Assembly (NCBI GenBank): GCA_020632415.1
Contig: JACKFO010000002.1
Location: 119,947-183,946, forward strand
Reading direction: 5' to 3'
Origin: Candidatus Nomurabacteria bacterium
Lineage (GTDB): Bacteria > Patescibacteriota > Patescibacteriia > UBA1558 > GWA2-36-10
DNA length: 64,000 nt
Both the position numbers and the translations under genes were made by a program. The notes beneath the pieces are model-generated. The model searched no databases. It was not told the DNA's origin and saw nothing but the letters and a program-made list of their open reading frames with translations. Positions 46,677 through 56,428 of this stretch are shown here, one piece after another; the stretch's first letter is position 1; each line of letters starts with the position of its first letter.

Positions 46677-48729
46677 TAATATGAAAAAATTAAAACAAAA
46701 ATTTCAAAATAATTTTGGCTTTAGTTTAGTAGAGCTTGTAGTTGCCGTGGGTGTTTTTGCAATTTTAGCTTCTGGTGTGTTTTATGTTGTCACCAATTCG
46801 TATACAAATTTTTATGGCACTGGCGATAAACAGGCGATTGCAGAATTTGCTCAAGAGGGCTTAGAGGCTGTACGTTCAATTAGAGAAAATTCTTGGCAAT
46901 ATATCGAGGATAATGTTGGTTCAGACTTAGGTGTCTCGCAGACGGCTGGTTTATGGTCTTTTAGTGGTAGCTCTGATGTGAGCGGCGGGCTAACGCGTGT
47001 GATTACTATTGCTGATGTTAGTCGAGATACAAGTGGTAATATTGTTAGTTCTGGAGGAAGTGATGATCCTTTAACCAAAAAAATAACAATCACTGTTTCA
47101 GGTACTGGAATATCTGATTATGTACTTACCAGTTATTTAACTTCTTGGGCTAATCGCTCCTGGGAACAGACAGATTGGTCTGGTGGAGTTGGTACACATT
47201 ATTGGTCCTATGAAGATCAGGCTTATTCTTCTTCTAGTATTGACGGACTTTCAACACCAGGGGAGCTAAAGTTGGCTTATGTTCCAGGGGTAACTACTTG
47301 GGGATGGGGTGATCTAACTGATTTTGCTTCCAGCTCAATGACAGGGAATAATTACGCTGCCTTGATGGATGATGATCATGATTATTATTATAATTGCGGT
47401 AGTGATAGTGGTGTGAGGCGTTATGACATTTCTAATATCAAGACATCGGGGTTTGGTACTCAAACATATTTGGCTACTGGGCATAATTGTTATGCTTCAG
47501 GTCTGAATTCAGTCAACAAGCATATTTATGCTGCTGGCGGAGCAAGTGTTATAACGAGTATTGAAATTGGCACTTTTGCTGTTTTAGACACCTATACTCC
47601 AGCTACTTATTTGGGAAAACCTTATGCCATAGCTATTAATGAAGCGGGAGATCATATGTATATGGGCGGAGCTTCTAGTAAATTGTTCAGTTTAGATATT
47701 GCTTCGAATGGTACTCTGACCTGCACCAACTGCACTTTGTGGTGTGATACAAAAATTGACCCAAAATGTACTCCAAATATGGACGATCCGCAAAATTTTG
47801 GCGCTTCCGTGATCAATGGTCTTTGGCTTGATGACACGAATGAGAAGTTATACATGGTTACAGATGATGCGAATCGAGCCATTACTAGACTGGATGTTTC
47901 TGATCCAAATAATATTACTGAAGACTATTCTTTGTATTATGCTTATGACATGGTTGATATAAAATATATTGGTTTAAATTCTACTGGTCATCCTCGTTTT
48001 TTGGTTGGTTTAGATTATTTATCTTCTGGTAATGAAGTGATGTTGATCGATGATAATCCAGATTCTTCAACTTTTACAATTGTCGCCGGAGTTGATTTGA
48101 GCGCTTATGCTGGTAAGGCAATTTATGTTAGAGATTTGGAGTATACCAATAACAATGAGGCTTTTGTGGCTGCGGTTGATGCTGATGGCATACCTTATGT
48201 GCATTTGTATGCTCTTGATGATATTGCAGCTACAGATGGTGTTAGTCCTTCTATTATTTATAATGCCACTGGACCTTATGGTTATTATACGCTTAATTAT
48301 CATCCAATAGCTTATAGTGATAAGTATGGGGGAATTTTTGCTGGCTGGACTTATTATGATAGCTCGACTAGAAGAGTTACTTTTTTTGAGCAAGAAGAAG
48401 TTCCCGGAGTTGGTTCTTATGCTTCTAGCGGTAACCTAGTTTCTTCGATTTTGGACATTGGCTCAAGTGATCAGGAATTACATAGCTTAACAGTTTCTCA
48501 AAACATTCCTTCTGGCTGTGGGATTGAGATTACTCTAGAAGCTGATGATAACTCAAGTTTTTCTAGTCCAACCCAACAAGTGATTTCTGGCACAGCTAGT
48601 TCTTATGCCACGGAAATAAATGTGGCTCTTAGTAATCAAAGGTGGTTAAGATATCAAGTAGATATGACGCCTTGTAATAGCGGCACTGAAACTCCGAGTT
48701 TATACTCTTTGCATTTGAATTATCGTTAA
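46666..48729 (+). CDS. large (687 aa) prepilin-like protein with beta-propeller-like and Cys-rich domains (candidate pilus tip adhesin)
   Basis: ...NNFG|FSLVELVVAVGVFAILASG is the prepilin motif. Downstream are YVTN/LVIVD-like repeats, ...LYMVTDDANRAITRLDV..., and the Cys cluster CTNCTLWCDTKIDPKC. An alternative ATG is at 46681. Confidence 0.7.
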   Translation: MEINNMKKLKQKFQNNFGFSLVELVVAVGVFAILASGVFYVVTNSYTNFYGTGDKQAIAEFAQEGLEAVRSIRENSWQYIEDNVGSDLGVSQTAGLWSFSGSSDVSGGLTRVITIADVSRDTSGNIVSSGGSDDPLTKKITITVSGTGISDYVLTSYLTSWANRSWEQTDWSGGVGTHYWSYEDQAYSSSSIDGLSTPGELKLAYVPGVTTWGWGDLTDFASSSMTGNNYAALMDDDHDYYYNCGSDSGVRRYDISNIKTSGFGTQTYLATGHNCYASGLNSVNKHIYAAGGASVITSIEIGTFAVLDTYTPATYLGKPYAIAINEAGDHMYMGGASSKLFSLDIASNGTLTCTNCTLWCDTKIDPKCTPNMDDPQNFGASVINGLWLDDTNEKLYMVTDDANRAITRLDVSDPNNITEDYSLYYAYDMVDIKYIGLNSTGHPRFLVGLDYLSSGNEVMLIDDNPDSSTFTIVAGVDLSAYAGKAIYVRDLEYTNNNEAFVAAVDADGIPYVHLYALDDIAATDGVSPSIIYNATGPYGYYTLNYHPIAYSDKYGGIFAGWTYYDSSTRRVTFFEQEEVPGVGSYASSGNLVSSILDIGSSDQELHSLTVSQNIPSGCGIEITLEADDNSSFSSPTQQVISGTASSYATEINVALSNQRWLRYQVDMTPCNSGTETPSLYSLHLNYR

Positions 48730-48732
48730 AGA

Positions 48733-50019
48733 ATGTTAAAAATATTTAATAAAAAATTTAATCAGCAAGGCTTTAGTTTAGTAGAAACTATTTTGTATTT
48801 GGCGATTGTTGCGATTTTATTGGTGGCCGTGGTTAATTTTAATTTAACTTTGAGCGGCACAACTAGTAAGCTATCTGCTAATATCAAAACTTCTCAAAAC
48901 AGAAGAACTACCTTGGGTGTTATTGACTATTTGACGCGTAATGCCGATGGCTTGTTAAAAGATGTTGACGGCTATTGTATGTCATCGACTACTTTGGCTT
49001 TATATTTTGATAATGATGATTATCTGCCTGGTACTTGCGTAGAAAATGGTGGAGGAGTAAAAATCACCGCCAGTAGTAGTCGGGCGATTATGGATTGTTA
49101 TCCGAATATTAGCATTAATGGTCAATACGGAGCTTGTGATGCGACAATTGGTAATAGTTACTATTTAAGCGCGCCAGATATTAATATTGCAAGTAATGGT
49201 TTAGTGTTTTCTACTTCTACAGCCACTTCTACTTTTAGTAGTTTTATGAATATTAATGCCTATTTAACTTTTATAAATTTAGCTAACAATCAAACAGAAT
49301 TATTATCTACTTCTACTGCTACTTCTACCATGACCTTACGTAACGCTCAGCCTGATGGTTTGATTGCTTGGTGGAAAATGGATGATAGTCCAGCTTCAGT
49401 AATTACAGATAGTAAAAATGGCTATAACGGAACTTGTAGTCCAGCTCCAACGGCAGTTACCGGCTTGGTCAATAGTTCGAGTGGCGCTTTTGATTTTGAG
49501 TTGTCAGAAAGTGATTCTTGTGATCTAGGTAATGAAGATGCTTTAAATATTAATGATTCATTTACAATTACTTCTTGGGTTAAGCCAGAATCTTTTGTAG
49601 CAGCAAATATTATAGTGCATAAACATAATTGGTCAAATCAAACTGGTTATACTACTTGGTTGCAGTCAGGAAAATTTTATTGTCGAGTCTGTGATGACGT
49701 TGGTTGCACTGGTCCAAACGAAACAACTTCTACTTTGCTAGTTGATCACACTTATCACGTTGCTTGTACTTTTGATGAAGATACACAAGAGATAAAAATG
49801 TATGTGTACGAAGAAGGTGTTGGTGGCATTGGCACAACGACTTCAGCTACTACGCGTGAAAATTTGGTTAATTACGACACAAATATGAAAATTGGTGAGT
49901 CAGCTGATGTGGGCGGTAATTATTTTGATGGTGTAATTGACGAAGTGCGTATTTATAATCGTAAATTATCGGATCAAGAAATTTGGGCTTTGCAATCTCA
50001 AGGCGCCGTGGCTAATTAA
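48733..50019 (+). CDS. prepilin-like protein with a C-terminal LamG/concanavalin-A-like lectin domain
   Basis: ...NQQG|FSLVETILYLAIVAILL is the prepilin motif. The C-terminus DSFTITSWVKPES...DGVIDEVRIYNRKLSDQEIWAL is LamG_3-like. Confidence 0.7.
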   Translation: MLKIFNKKFNQQGFSLVETILYLAIVAILLVAVVNFNLTLSGTTSKLSANIKTSQNRRTTLGVIDYLTRNADGLLKDVDGYCMSSTTLALYFDNDDYLPGTCVENGGGVKITASSSRAIMDCYPNISINGQYGACDATIGNSYYLSAPDINIASNGLVFSTSTATSTFSSFMNINAYLTFINLANNQTELLSTSTATSTMTLRNAQPDGLIAWWKMDDSPASVITDSKNGYNGTCSPAPTAVTGLVNSSSGAFDFELSESDSCDLGNEDALNINDSFTITSWVKPESFVAANIIVHKHNWSNQTGYTTWLQSGKFYCRVCDDVGCTGPNETTSTLLVDHTYHVACTFDEDTQEIKMYVYEEGVGGIGTTTSATTRENLVNYDTNMKIGESADVGGNYFDGVIDEVRIYNRKLSDQEIWALQSQGAVAN

Positions 50020-50022
50020 AAT

Positions 50023-51792
50023 ATGTTTAATAAATATTTAAAATTAAATAATCAAGGAAACATCGCCTTAATTTTGGTAATTATGGTCACTACTTTGACT
50101 TTAGTTTCGGCTTTGACTTTGGCCTTGGTTAACATTTCAGATTTAACAGCTAATTATCATTTGATAGAAAATGAACAAATGATAAGTCAGCGCGATTCTT
50201 GTCTTGAGGATGCCTTGTCAAAAGTTAGCCAAAATTTATATGCAACAGGCACTTATTATTTGGTAACGGATAATATTTATTGTGATTATCAAATTTCAGA
50301 GACGATTGATGGTTTTAAAACTGTGACTACTACGGCAGCGGCTTTGGCGGATTTTGGATATTGGCAGGGGACAGTGATTGCAGAAGTAAATGTTTCTAGT
50401 ACGCCAATTGCCCTTAATTCTTACAAAGATTTGTCAGGCGATGCCTGGTCTAGTGCTGATTGGTTATATCGAATGAAAATATCTATTCACGGAGATCAGG
50501 TGTCAGAAGATTTGCATAATTTTCCAGTTTATCTTGATTTGGCTGATTTAGGCTCATCTTTTTTTAGTCATGTCAATAGTGATGGCTCGGACATCGTGAT
50601 TACTACTGCTGATGGTAGTACAAAATTGTTAAGAGAAGTAGTGAGATTGAGCACCGGAGGTGAAAGTGGAGAGCTTCATTTTTTGGCTCCAATTTTAGCC
50701 AGCGGAGTTGATACTGATTTTTATATTTATTTTGGCAATGCCGCGGCAACAGAAGCGAATAATTTGTTTTGGTTAGCTGATTATAGTTTGGTTCAGCATT
50801 TAGATCAAAATCCTTCAGATGTTGCTCCACAAATGTTAGATAGCAGTCAAAGCCAAAATGATGGCAGTAGTTATGGATCGATGTTGTCTGGTGATTTAGT
50901 TGATGCAAAAATTGGGAAAGGAATTGATTTTGATGGCTCAGATGATGGTATTAGTTTAGGCACTTTTAATAATTTAACATCAGCGCAAGGAACTATTTCT
51001 TTTTGGGTTAAGTTTAATACAATACAAGTTTCTACTCCGTTTCATTTTTATGAATCAGCTTATACGGATTTTATTAGGGCTTATTTATATGCCGATGGAC
51101 GCATACTTTTGACTGTTGAGGATGGTGATGCTCAAATGATCTCGGCAGTTAACAATACTTTTAATCCAGATACTACTACTTGGCGCTATTTAGCTTGGAC
51201 GCAAGATGGCGTAGCTGCAAAATTATATATCGATGGAGAAGAGGCCGTGTTAACTGGGACTAATAGCGGCGACTGGTGGACTGATCATTTGACTCTGAGT
51301 GGAGCTACAATTGGCGATGGTTCTTGGGGTAATGCAGCGGCGATTATGGATGAATTTCGAGTAAGCAACAAAGCTTTGTCTGCAGAATGGATAGCGACTG
51401 AATATAATAATCAAAATGACACTACAACTTTTTATTCAACTACTACCGCCGAGTATTTGCCAGGCGGAACTCCTTGTGATGGCTATTCTTATGAGGGTTA
51501 TTGTTGGTATTATGCTAGTACTTTTAATATGAGTTGTGATCAAGTTTGCGCTGAAAATGCTCTTTCTTGTGTTTCGGGTGTAGGCTATGGACCAGATACT
51601 AACTGTGATTTGAATAAAGGTGTTAGTGGAAAAACTTGTCTAAATGGTTGTTATGCTGCAGATGGACAATCTTATGCTCCTGGTGTTTATGATGCATATG
51701 ATTTTTGTTTATTTGATAATTTAAGTCCAGCTTACATTTGCTCTGAAACAGAGAGCGCTGGTATATATAATATTATCTGCGCCTGTGAGTAA
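50023..51792 (+). CDS. GspK/PilX-like minor pseudopilin (no Glu+5) with a LamG-like domain and a C-terminal Cys-rich module
   Basis: ...NNQG|NIALILVIMVTTL... is the N-terminus. GTISFWVKFNT...AIMDEFRVSNKALSAEWIATEYNNQ is LamG-like. The final ~110 aa carry 14 Cys. Confidence 0.6.
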   Translation: MFNKYLKLNNQGNIALILVIMVTTLTLVSALTLALVNISDLTANYHLIENEQMISQRDSCLEDALSKVSQNLYATGTYYLVTDNIYCDYQISETIDGFKTVTTTAAALADFGYWQGTVIAEVNVSSTPIALNSYKDLSGDAWSSADWLYRMKISIHGDQVSEDLHNFPVYLDLADLGSSFFSHVNSDGSDIVITTADGSTKLLREVVRLSTGGESGELHFLAPILASGVDTDFYIYFGNAAATEANNLFWLADYSLVQHLDQNPSDVAPQMLDSSQSQNDGSSYGSMLSGDLVDAKIGKGIDFDGSDDGISLGTFNNLTSAQGTISFWVKFNTIQVSTPFHFYESAYTDFIRAYLYADGRILLTVEDGDAQMISAVNNTFNPDTTTWRYLAWTQDGVAAKLYIDGEEAVLTGTNSGDWWTDHLTLSGATIGDGSWGNAAAIMDEFRVSNKALSAEWIATEYNNQNDTTTFYSTTTAEYLPGGTPCDGYSYEGYCWYYASTFNMSCDQVCAENALSCVSGVGYGPDTNCDLNKGVSGKTCLNGCYAADGQSYAPGVYDAYDFCLFDNLSPAYICSETESAGIYNIICACE

Positions 51793-51821
51793 GATTAGTT
51801 TCTTTATGTTATAATATATTT

Positions 51822-53567
51822 ATGTTGAATTTTATTAATCACTTTACCGAAGAGCAAGTTATTGGCTTAAATATTTCTGATTTTTCAGCCGAAGCTGTGA
51901 TTTTGGAGAAAAAAAATAAAGGCTGGAAAGTTTTGTCATTTGCTCGTTATCGTTTGTCGCCAGGAGTGGTTGAGGATGGAAATATTTTACAGGCCGAAAA
52001 ATTAAAAGAAGATTTAAAAAAACTATTTGCTTTAGGAAAACCGCAAGAAATGAAAGCTAGCAGTGTTTTTTTATCGATTCCTGATTCTAAGGTTTTTATT
52101 AGAGTTTTGTCATTGCCAAAAACCTTAAGACAGAAAGACTTGATTAACGCTGCTTTGGGAAAAGCAGAAGAATTTGTTCCAGAAGATACTGATAATCTTT
52201 CTCCGGTCACAAAGGTTTTGTCAGTGATAAATGGCCAGGCACAAGTTTTATATGCCGCTGCTAAAAAAAGCTTGGTCAAAGAGTGGGCAGATTTGTTTGA
52301 ATCCATGAACATTGATATTATTGGCATGACCGTGGAATCCGTCAGTTCTTTTGCTGGCTTGGCTGAGGGATTAAAGAAAGAAGATACTTTGCTTTTGGAT
52401 TTGGGGGCCAGGACTACTATTGCTTCTATTTTTGATCAAGAAGGAATTAAAGATTCAATCGTTGTTCCAATTGCTGGTAATAATATTACTGATGCAATTG
52501 TTCAGAAATTAAATATTTCTCATACTGCCGCTGAAGAGAAAAAAAGAAAAATTGGCATGGACGCTTCGGTTGATCAGGGGGAGATCATGTGGATTATTCA
52601 GGGGCAAATGCAACCGATAGCCGATGAGTTAAAAAGACTAATTGCTTTTCATGAGGAGAGTACTGGGAAAAAGTTAAAAAATTTGATTTTAATTGGCGGT
52701 ACAGCACAAATCAAGGGAATTGAAAAATATTTTGGTGATAATTTAGGCTTGAAAGTAATTCCAGTAGAAACTATTGTTGAACATAAACAAGCAAAGCATT
52801 TTGAATATTTTCAAGATTCCAAATACATCAATGCTTTGGGTTTGGCAAAACTTGCTTATGATAAAAAAACCGAAATTAATTTTTATCAAACAATTAGAGT
52901 TGATTTACAACAAAGAGTTGATTGGCAAAATTTGAGCCTCTGGTTGAAGGCGATCAAAATGTTTTTCAAAAAAGGAGCAAAATTTTTAGTTAGTCGTTTA
53001 GGAATTTTTATTATAGTTTTAGTAATTATTTCAGGAGTGGTAATTTGGAAATATGATAGTATTATTAATCTAGTTTCTCCTCCTCAAAAAATATTTAATC
53101 AAGAAGTGATTGTTGCCAAGCAGAATCAAGGGTGGAATAATTTTATTCAAGGCGCTGAGCTCAAAGAGTCGGTTTTTGTTAAACAAGATCTTCCAGGCTT
53201 GCCTTATCAGGCAGCTGTCAACTTGATTAGATTAGAAGGAGAAAAACTAGCTTTAGAAAGAGTTAAAAGTAAAATTAAAAGTACTCAATATTTATTAGAA
53301 AAACCAATTAATTTGGAGGTTATTAGTTTATTTCCAAGTGAAGAAGATTTTGTTATTGGCGACATTCTTAGCATGAGAGCAAATTATGTTTTTTTAGAAA
53401 TTGATCAACAATTGGTAAAAAAGTATATTTTATCTAATTTGAGCGCCAAAGAAATTGAAAAATATTCTACTTGGCAAATTGTTAGTCAAAATTTTAGCTT
53501 TACTCCAAGCATCGGCCAAGAACCTTATTTCGTGGTCCAAAGTCAGTTGGAGCTACGCAAGCCCTAG
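51822..53567 (+). CDS. pilM: PilM (actin-like ATPase fold) fused to a PilN/PilO-like TM and periplasmic domain
   Basis: The N-terminus VIGLNISDFSAEAVILEK...KVLSFA and ...LILIGGTAQIKGIEKYF... are PilM-like. A TM helix IFIIVLVIISGVVIW precedes a ~170-aa C-terminal domain. Confidence 0.75.
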   Translation: MLNFINHFTEEQVIGLNISDFSAEAVILEKKNKGWKVLSFARYRLSPGVVEDGNILQAEKLKEDLKKLFALGKPQEMKASSVFLSIPDSKVFIRVLSLPKTLRQKDLINAALGKAEEFVPEDTDNLSPVTKVLSVINGQAQVLYAAAKKSLVKEWADLFESMNIDIIGMTVESVSSFAGLAEGLKKEDTLLLDLGARTTIASIFDQEGIKDSIVVPIAGNNITDAIVQKLNISHTAAEEKKRKIGMDASVDQGEIMWIIQGQMQPIADELKRLIAFHEESTGKKLKNLILIGGTAQIKGIEKYFGDNLGLKVIPVETIVEHKQAKHFEYFQDSKYINALGLAKLAYDKKTEINFYQTIRVDLQQRVDWQNLSLWLKAIKMFFKKGAKFLVSRLGIFIIVLVIISGVVIWKYDSIINLVSPPQKIFNQEVIVAKQNQGWNNFIQGAELKESVFVKQDLPGLPYQAAVNLIRLEGEKLALERVKSKIKSTQYLLEKPINLEVISLFPSEEDFVIGDILSMRANYVFLEIDQQLVKKYILSNLSAKEIEKYSTWQIVSQNFSFTPSIGQEPYFVVQSQLELRKP

Positions 53568-53573
53568 GGTGGG

Positions 53574-53603
53574 TTGGGCAAATTTTAAAATTTGTGGTAT
53601 AAT
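53574..53603 (+). promoter_or_regulatory. sigma70 promoter with extended -10 (TGGTATAAT) for the pilin genes
   Basis: TTGGGC-N18-TGGTATAAT lies about 60 nt upstream of the pilin ATG. Confidence 0.5.
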
Positions 53604-53663
53604 AATTTTGTTATATTTTTAGAGATTATTTATTAAAAAATAGATTAATTAAATTAAAAAATT

Positions 53664-54149
53664 ATGAAAAAACAAGGTTTTACTTTGATAGAGTTGATCA
53701 TTGTGATTGCAGTGATTGCTCTACTTGCTGCGGCGGTGTTTGTGGCCGTTGATCCAGCAAAACGTATCGGTCAAGCACGTGATGCTCAGCGTTGGTCTGA
53801 TGTGACCGCGGTGGCTGACGCTATTATGAAATATGTTGTTGATAACAATGGTACTTTTGCAACAACTACGCCATTGCCAACTGTTGATGATTATTATTTA
53901 ATAGCTGGTTATCAAGTGACTGGTACCACGGGAACTACCTGTCAAAACGCTACTATTGATGGTGCTGGAGCCGCCATACGTTTAGATTCTTTAGTGCCAA
54001 CTTATTTACCGACTATGCCTACTGATCCTTCTTTTACTTCCGGCGCTAGCACTCAGTATTACTTTATGAGAAATTCTGCTGGTCGGATAAAGATTGGCGC
54101 TTGTGAGGAAAGTGATTACGCTACAGCTTCCATTTACGTCCAACGATAA
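53664..54149 (+). CDS. type IVa major pilin
   Basis: MKKQG|FTLIELIIVIAVIALLAAAVFVAV. A C-terminal Cys pair sits in the ...CQNATIDG...IGACEESDYATASIYVQR region. Confidence 0.9.
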   Translation: MKKQGFTLIELIIVIAVIALLAAAVFVAVDPAKRIGQARDAQRWSDVTAVADAIMKYVVDNNGTFATTTPLPTVDDYYLIAGYQVTGTTGTTCQNATIDGAGAAIRLDSLVPTYLPTMPTDPSFTSGASTQYYFMRNSAGRIKIGACEESDYATASIYVQR

Positions 54150-54169
54150 AAATTATCTTCTTTAATTTT

Positions 54170-54664
54170 ATGAACAAACGAGGATTCACTTTAATTGAAT
54201 TAATTATTGTGGTAGCAATTATTGGTTTGTTGGCTGCGGCGGCTTTTGTAGCTGTTGATCCAGCAAAACGTATTGGTAAGGCTAACGATGCTACGCGTTG
54301 GGCAGACATTACAGCGATTGCTGATGCAATTATGAAATATACAGTTGATCAAAATGGCACGTTACCCTCTGGCGTGAGTTCTGCTGTAGCTGATACTACT
54401 TATTTGCTTACTGTTGCCGGTGGCTCAGTAACTGGTAAATATTGTGACGCGCTTGGCTCTAGTACATATAATGGATTAAATATTTCTGGAGATATTGTGT
54501 CTGCTTATATAGCTACTATGCCAATTGATCCAGAAGTAACCATCTCAATAGCCAATGCAAGTTCTACTTCATATTATATCGTCAAAGATTCTAATGGCCG
54601 AATTAAAGTCGGGGCTTGTAATGAAAGTGATTACGCCACCGCCTCAATCTATGTTCAACGTTAA
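54170..54664 (+). CDS. type IVa pilin paralog
   Basis: MNKRG|FTLIELIIVVAIIGLLAAAAFVAV...VGACNESDYATASIYVQR. Its centre diverges from the first pilin. Confidence 0.9.
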   Translation: MNKRGFTLIELIIVVAIIGLLAAAAFVAVDPAKRIGKANDATRWADITAIADAIMKYTVDQNGTLPSGVSSAVADTTYLLTVAGGSVTGKYCDALGSSTYNGLNISGDIVSAYIATMPIDPEVTISIANASSTSYYIVKDSNGRIKVGACNESDYATASIYVQR

Positions 54665-54675
54665 ATTTAAATTAA

Positions 54676-54716
54676 AAACAGCCTTCCGGGTTTAAATCCC
54701 AGAAGGCTGTTTTTTG
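54676..54716 (+). terminator. rho-independent terminator after the pilin genes
   Basis: ACAGCCTTC cgggtttaaatccca GAAGGCTGT TTTTTG. Confidence 0.85.
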
Positions 54717-54740
54717 TCCCTAGCTGGTCTTTTTTAATTC

Positions 54741-54749
54741 TGGTATAAT
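54741..54749 (+). promoter_or_regulatory. extended -10 element (TGGTATAAT) for the ABC exporter operon
   Basis: It lies 27 nt upstream of the ATG at 54776. The 9-mer is identical to the one at the pilin promoter. Confidence 0.45.
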
Positions 54750-54775
54750 AGAAGTAGTAATTAAATTTTTACTCT

Positions 54776-56428
54776 ATGTTTAAGAAAAAATGGTTTATTT
54801 TTGGAGGAATCGTGATAGTGATTATTATTTTGGTAAGTGTTTTTAATAATCGTAATCAAGAAAGTCCATATTTAACAACTAAAGTTATAAAACAGGACAT
54901 TGTTCAAACAGTTGAGGTGACTGGTCAGATTGAATCAGCCGATGATATTGATCTTAATTTTAAAAGTTCCGGCTTAATTCAAAGCATTAGTGTTAAAGTC
55001 GGAGATTTGGTGAAAAAGGGGCAAGCTTTGGCTTATTTGAGGGCAAATAATATTTCTTCTCAAGTAGCCGATGCCCAGGCAGCGGTGGCAATTGCTCAAA
55101 GTGATTTGGAAAAATTAATGGCTGGTTTAAGCACAGAAGATTTATCAGTGATTGAAGAAGAGGTTCGGGCAGCGGAAATTAGCCATAATACAGCAGTTGA
55201 TAATTTAGATAATTTAATTAGTACTCGTGATCAAGATTTAAGTAATTTAAAAGCCACTCTTGTTGATACAATTCAAGATAAATATTTTGCGATTAGTTAT
55301 GCTTTGGATTTAGTAGAAGACGCTGTTGCTGATTCAGACGCTGATTATTATCTTTATGTGACAGATCAGAATGTTTTAAGAGACGCTAAAAATAAATATC
55401 AATTATCCAATAGTCATTATCAAGATTTTGCTATTAATCTAGATACTCTTTCAGCAAGTCAAGAAATTTCTAGCTTATTAAGCATTTCGGATGATTTTAA
55501 GTTATTATTAGAACAAACTTCACAAGCTCTTTCCCTTACTTTTGATACAATGTTAGTTACTATTGAAAATAGTGAATACACAGCCACGGTTATTGCTACT
55601 TTTAAGACTAACCTGAATACCCAGAGTACAGCTATTAATGCTGGGATTAGTAGTCTTCAAACAGCGGCAGCCAGTTTAAGAACAAAAAATTTGTATTATC
55701 AAACAGAAATTGCTGCCACTGAAAACGCCGTGCAGTCTGCTTTGGCGAATTTAAGTTTGGCTCAAGCTAAATTAAGAGCAAAGCAAGCTCCGCCAAGGGA
55801 TTTTGAAATTGCCTCAGCTCAGGCAAATGTTGCCAGAGCTCAAGCTACTTTAAATCGTTATTATAGTGAACTAGCCGACACAATTATTAAAGCGCCAGTT
55901 GATGGAATAATTACTAAGGTTAATTTTAATCCTGGAGAAACTAGTTCGCTTTCTCAAAGCGTAATTTCAATGATTGGTGATAGTGATTTACAAATTGAGG
56001 TTGAAGTTCCTGAATCGGATATTACTAAAATTGCAGTTGATGATAAAGTCAAAATTACTTTAGATGCTTTTTCTAGCGATGATCAGTTTATGGGCGTTGT
56101 CACTTTCATTGATCCAGCAGCGACGGTGATTAATGATGTAATCTATTATAAAGTAAAAGTATCTTTTGATAACATTGATCAGAGAATGAAGTCTGGTATG
56201 ACTGCGGATTTGACAATTTTTACTGATCAAAGAGAGGGTGTTTTGGCGATTCCGGCTCGTTCTATTATTTATCAAAACGGAGGAAAATACGTCAGAATCC
56301 TAAGTGAAGAGATGGTAATTGAAAAAGAGGTTGGCATTGGCTTAAAAGGTGACGATGGAATGATTGAAATCATTTCTGGTCTAAATTTAGATCAGGAAGT
56401 AATAACTTTTGATAAAACCGTTCAATAA
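54776..56428 (+). CDS. HlyD/MacA-family periplasmic adaptor (membrane fusion protein)
   Basis: It has an N-terminal TM, coiled-coil-rich centre and a beta-barrel C-terminus, ...IIKAPVDGIITKVNFNPGE... It is followed by MacB-type ABC genes. Confidence 0.8.
   Translation: MFKKKWFIFGGIVIVIIILVSVFNNRNQESPYLTTKVIKQDIVQTVEVTGQIESADDIDLNFKSSGLIQSISVKVGDLVKKGQALAYLRANNISSQVADAQAAVAIAQSDLEKLMAGLSTEDLSVIEEEVRAAEISHNTAVDNLDNLISTRDQDLSNLKATLVDTIQDKYFAISYALDLVEDAVADSDADYYLYVTDQNVLRDAKNKYQLSNSHYQDFAINLDTLSASQEISSLLSISDDFKLLLEQTSQALSLTFDTMLVTIENSEYTATVIATFKTNLNTQSTAINAGISSLQTAAASLRTKNLYYQTEIAATENAVQSALANLSLAQAKLRAKQAPPRDFEIASAQANVARAQATLNRYYSELADTIIKAPVDGIITKVNFNPGETSSLSQSVISMIGDSDLQIEVEVPESDITKIAVDDKVKITLDAFSSDDQFMGVVTFIDPAATVINDVIYYKVKVSFDNIDQRMKSGMTADLTIFTDQREGVLAIPARSIIYQNGGKYVRILSEEMVIEKEVGIGLKGDDGMIEIISGLNLDQEVITFDKTVQ

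Noticed and set aside
48067-48393. Plus- and minus-strand ORFs (including 48107-48310, 67 aa) inside the 687-aa prepilin-like gene.
   Set aside because: They are internal, alternate-frame and low-complexity (Leu/Ile/Met runs).
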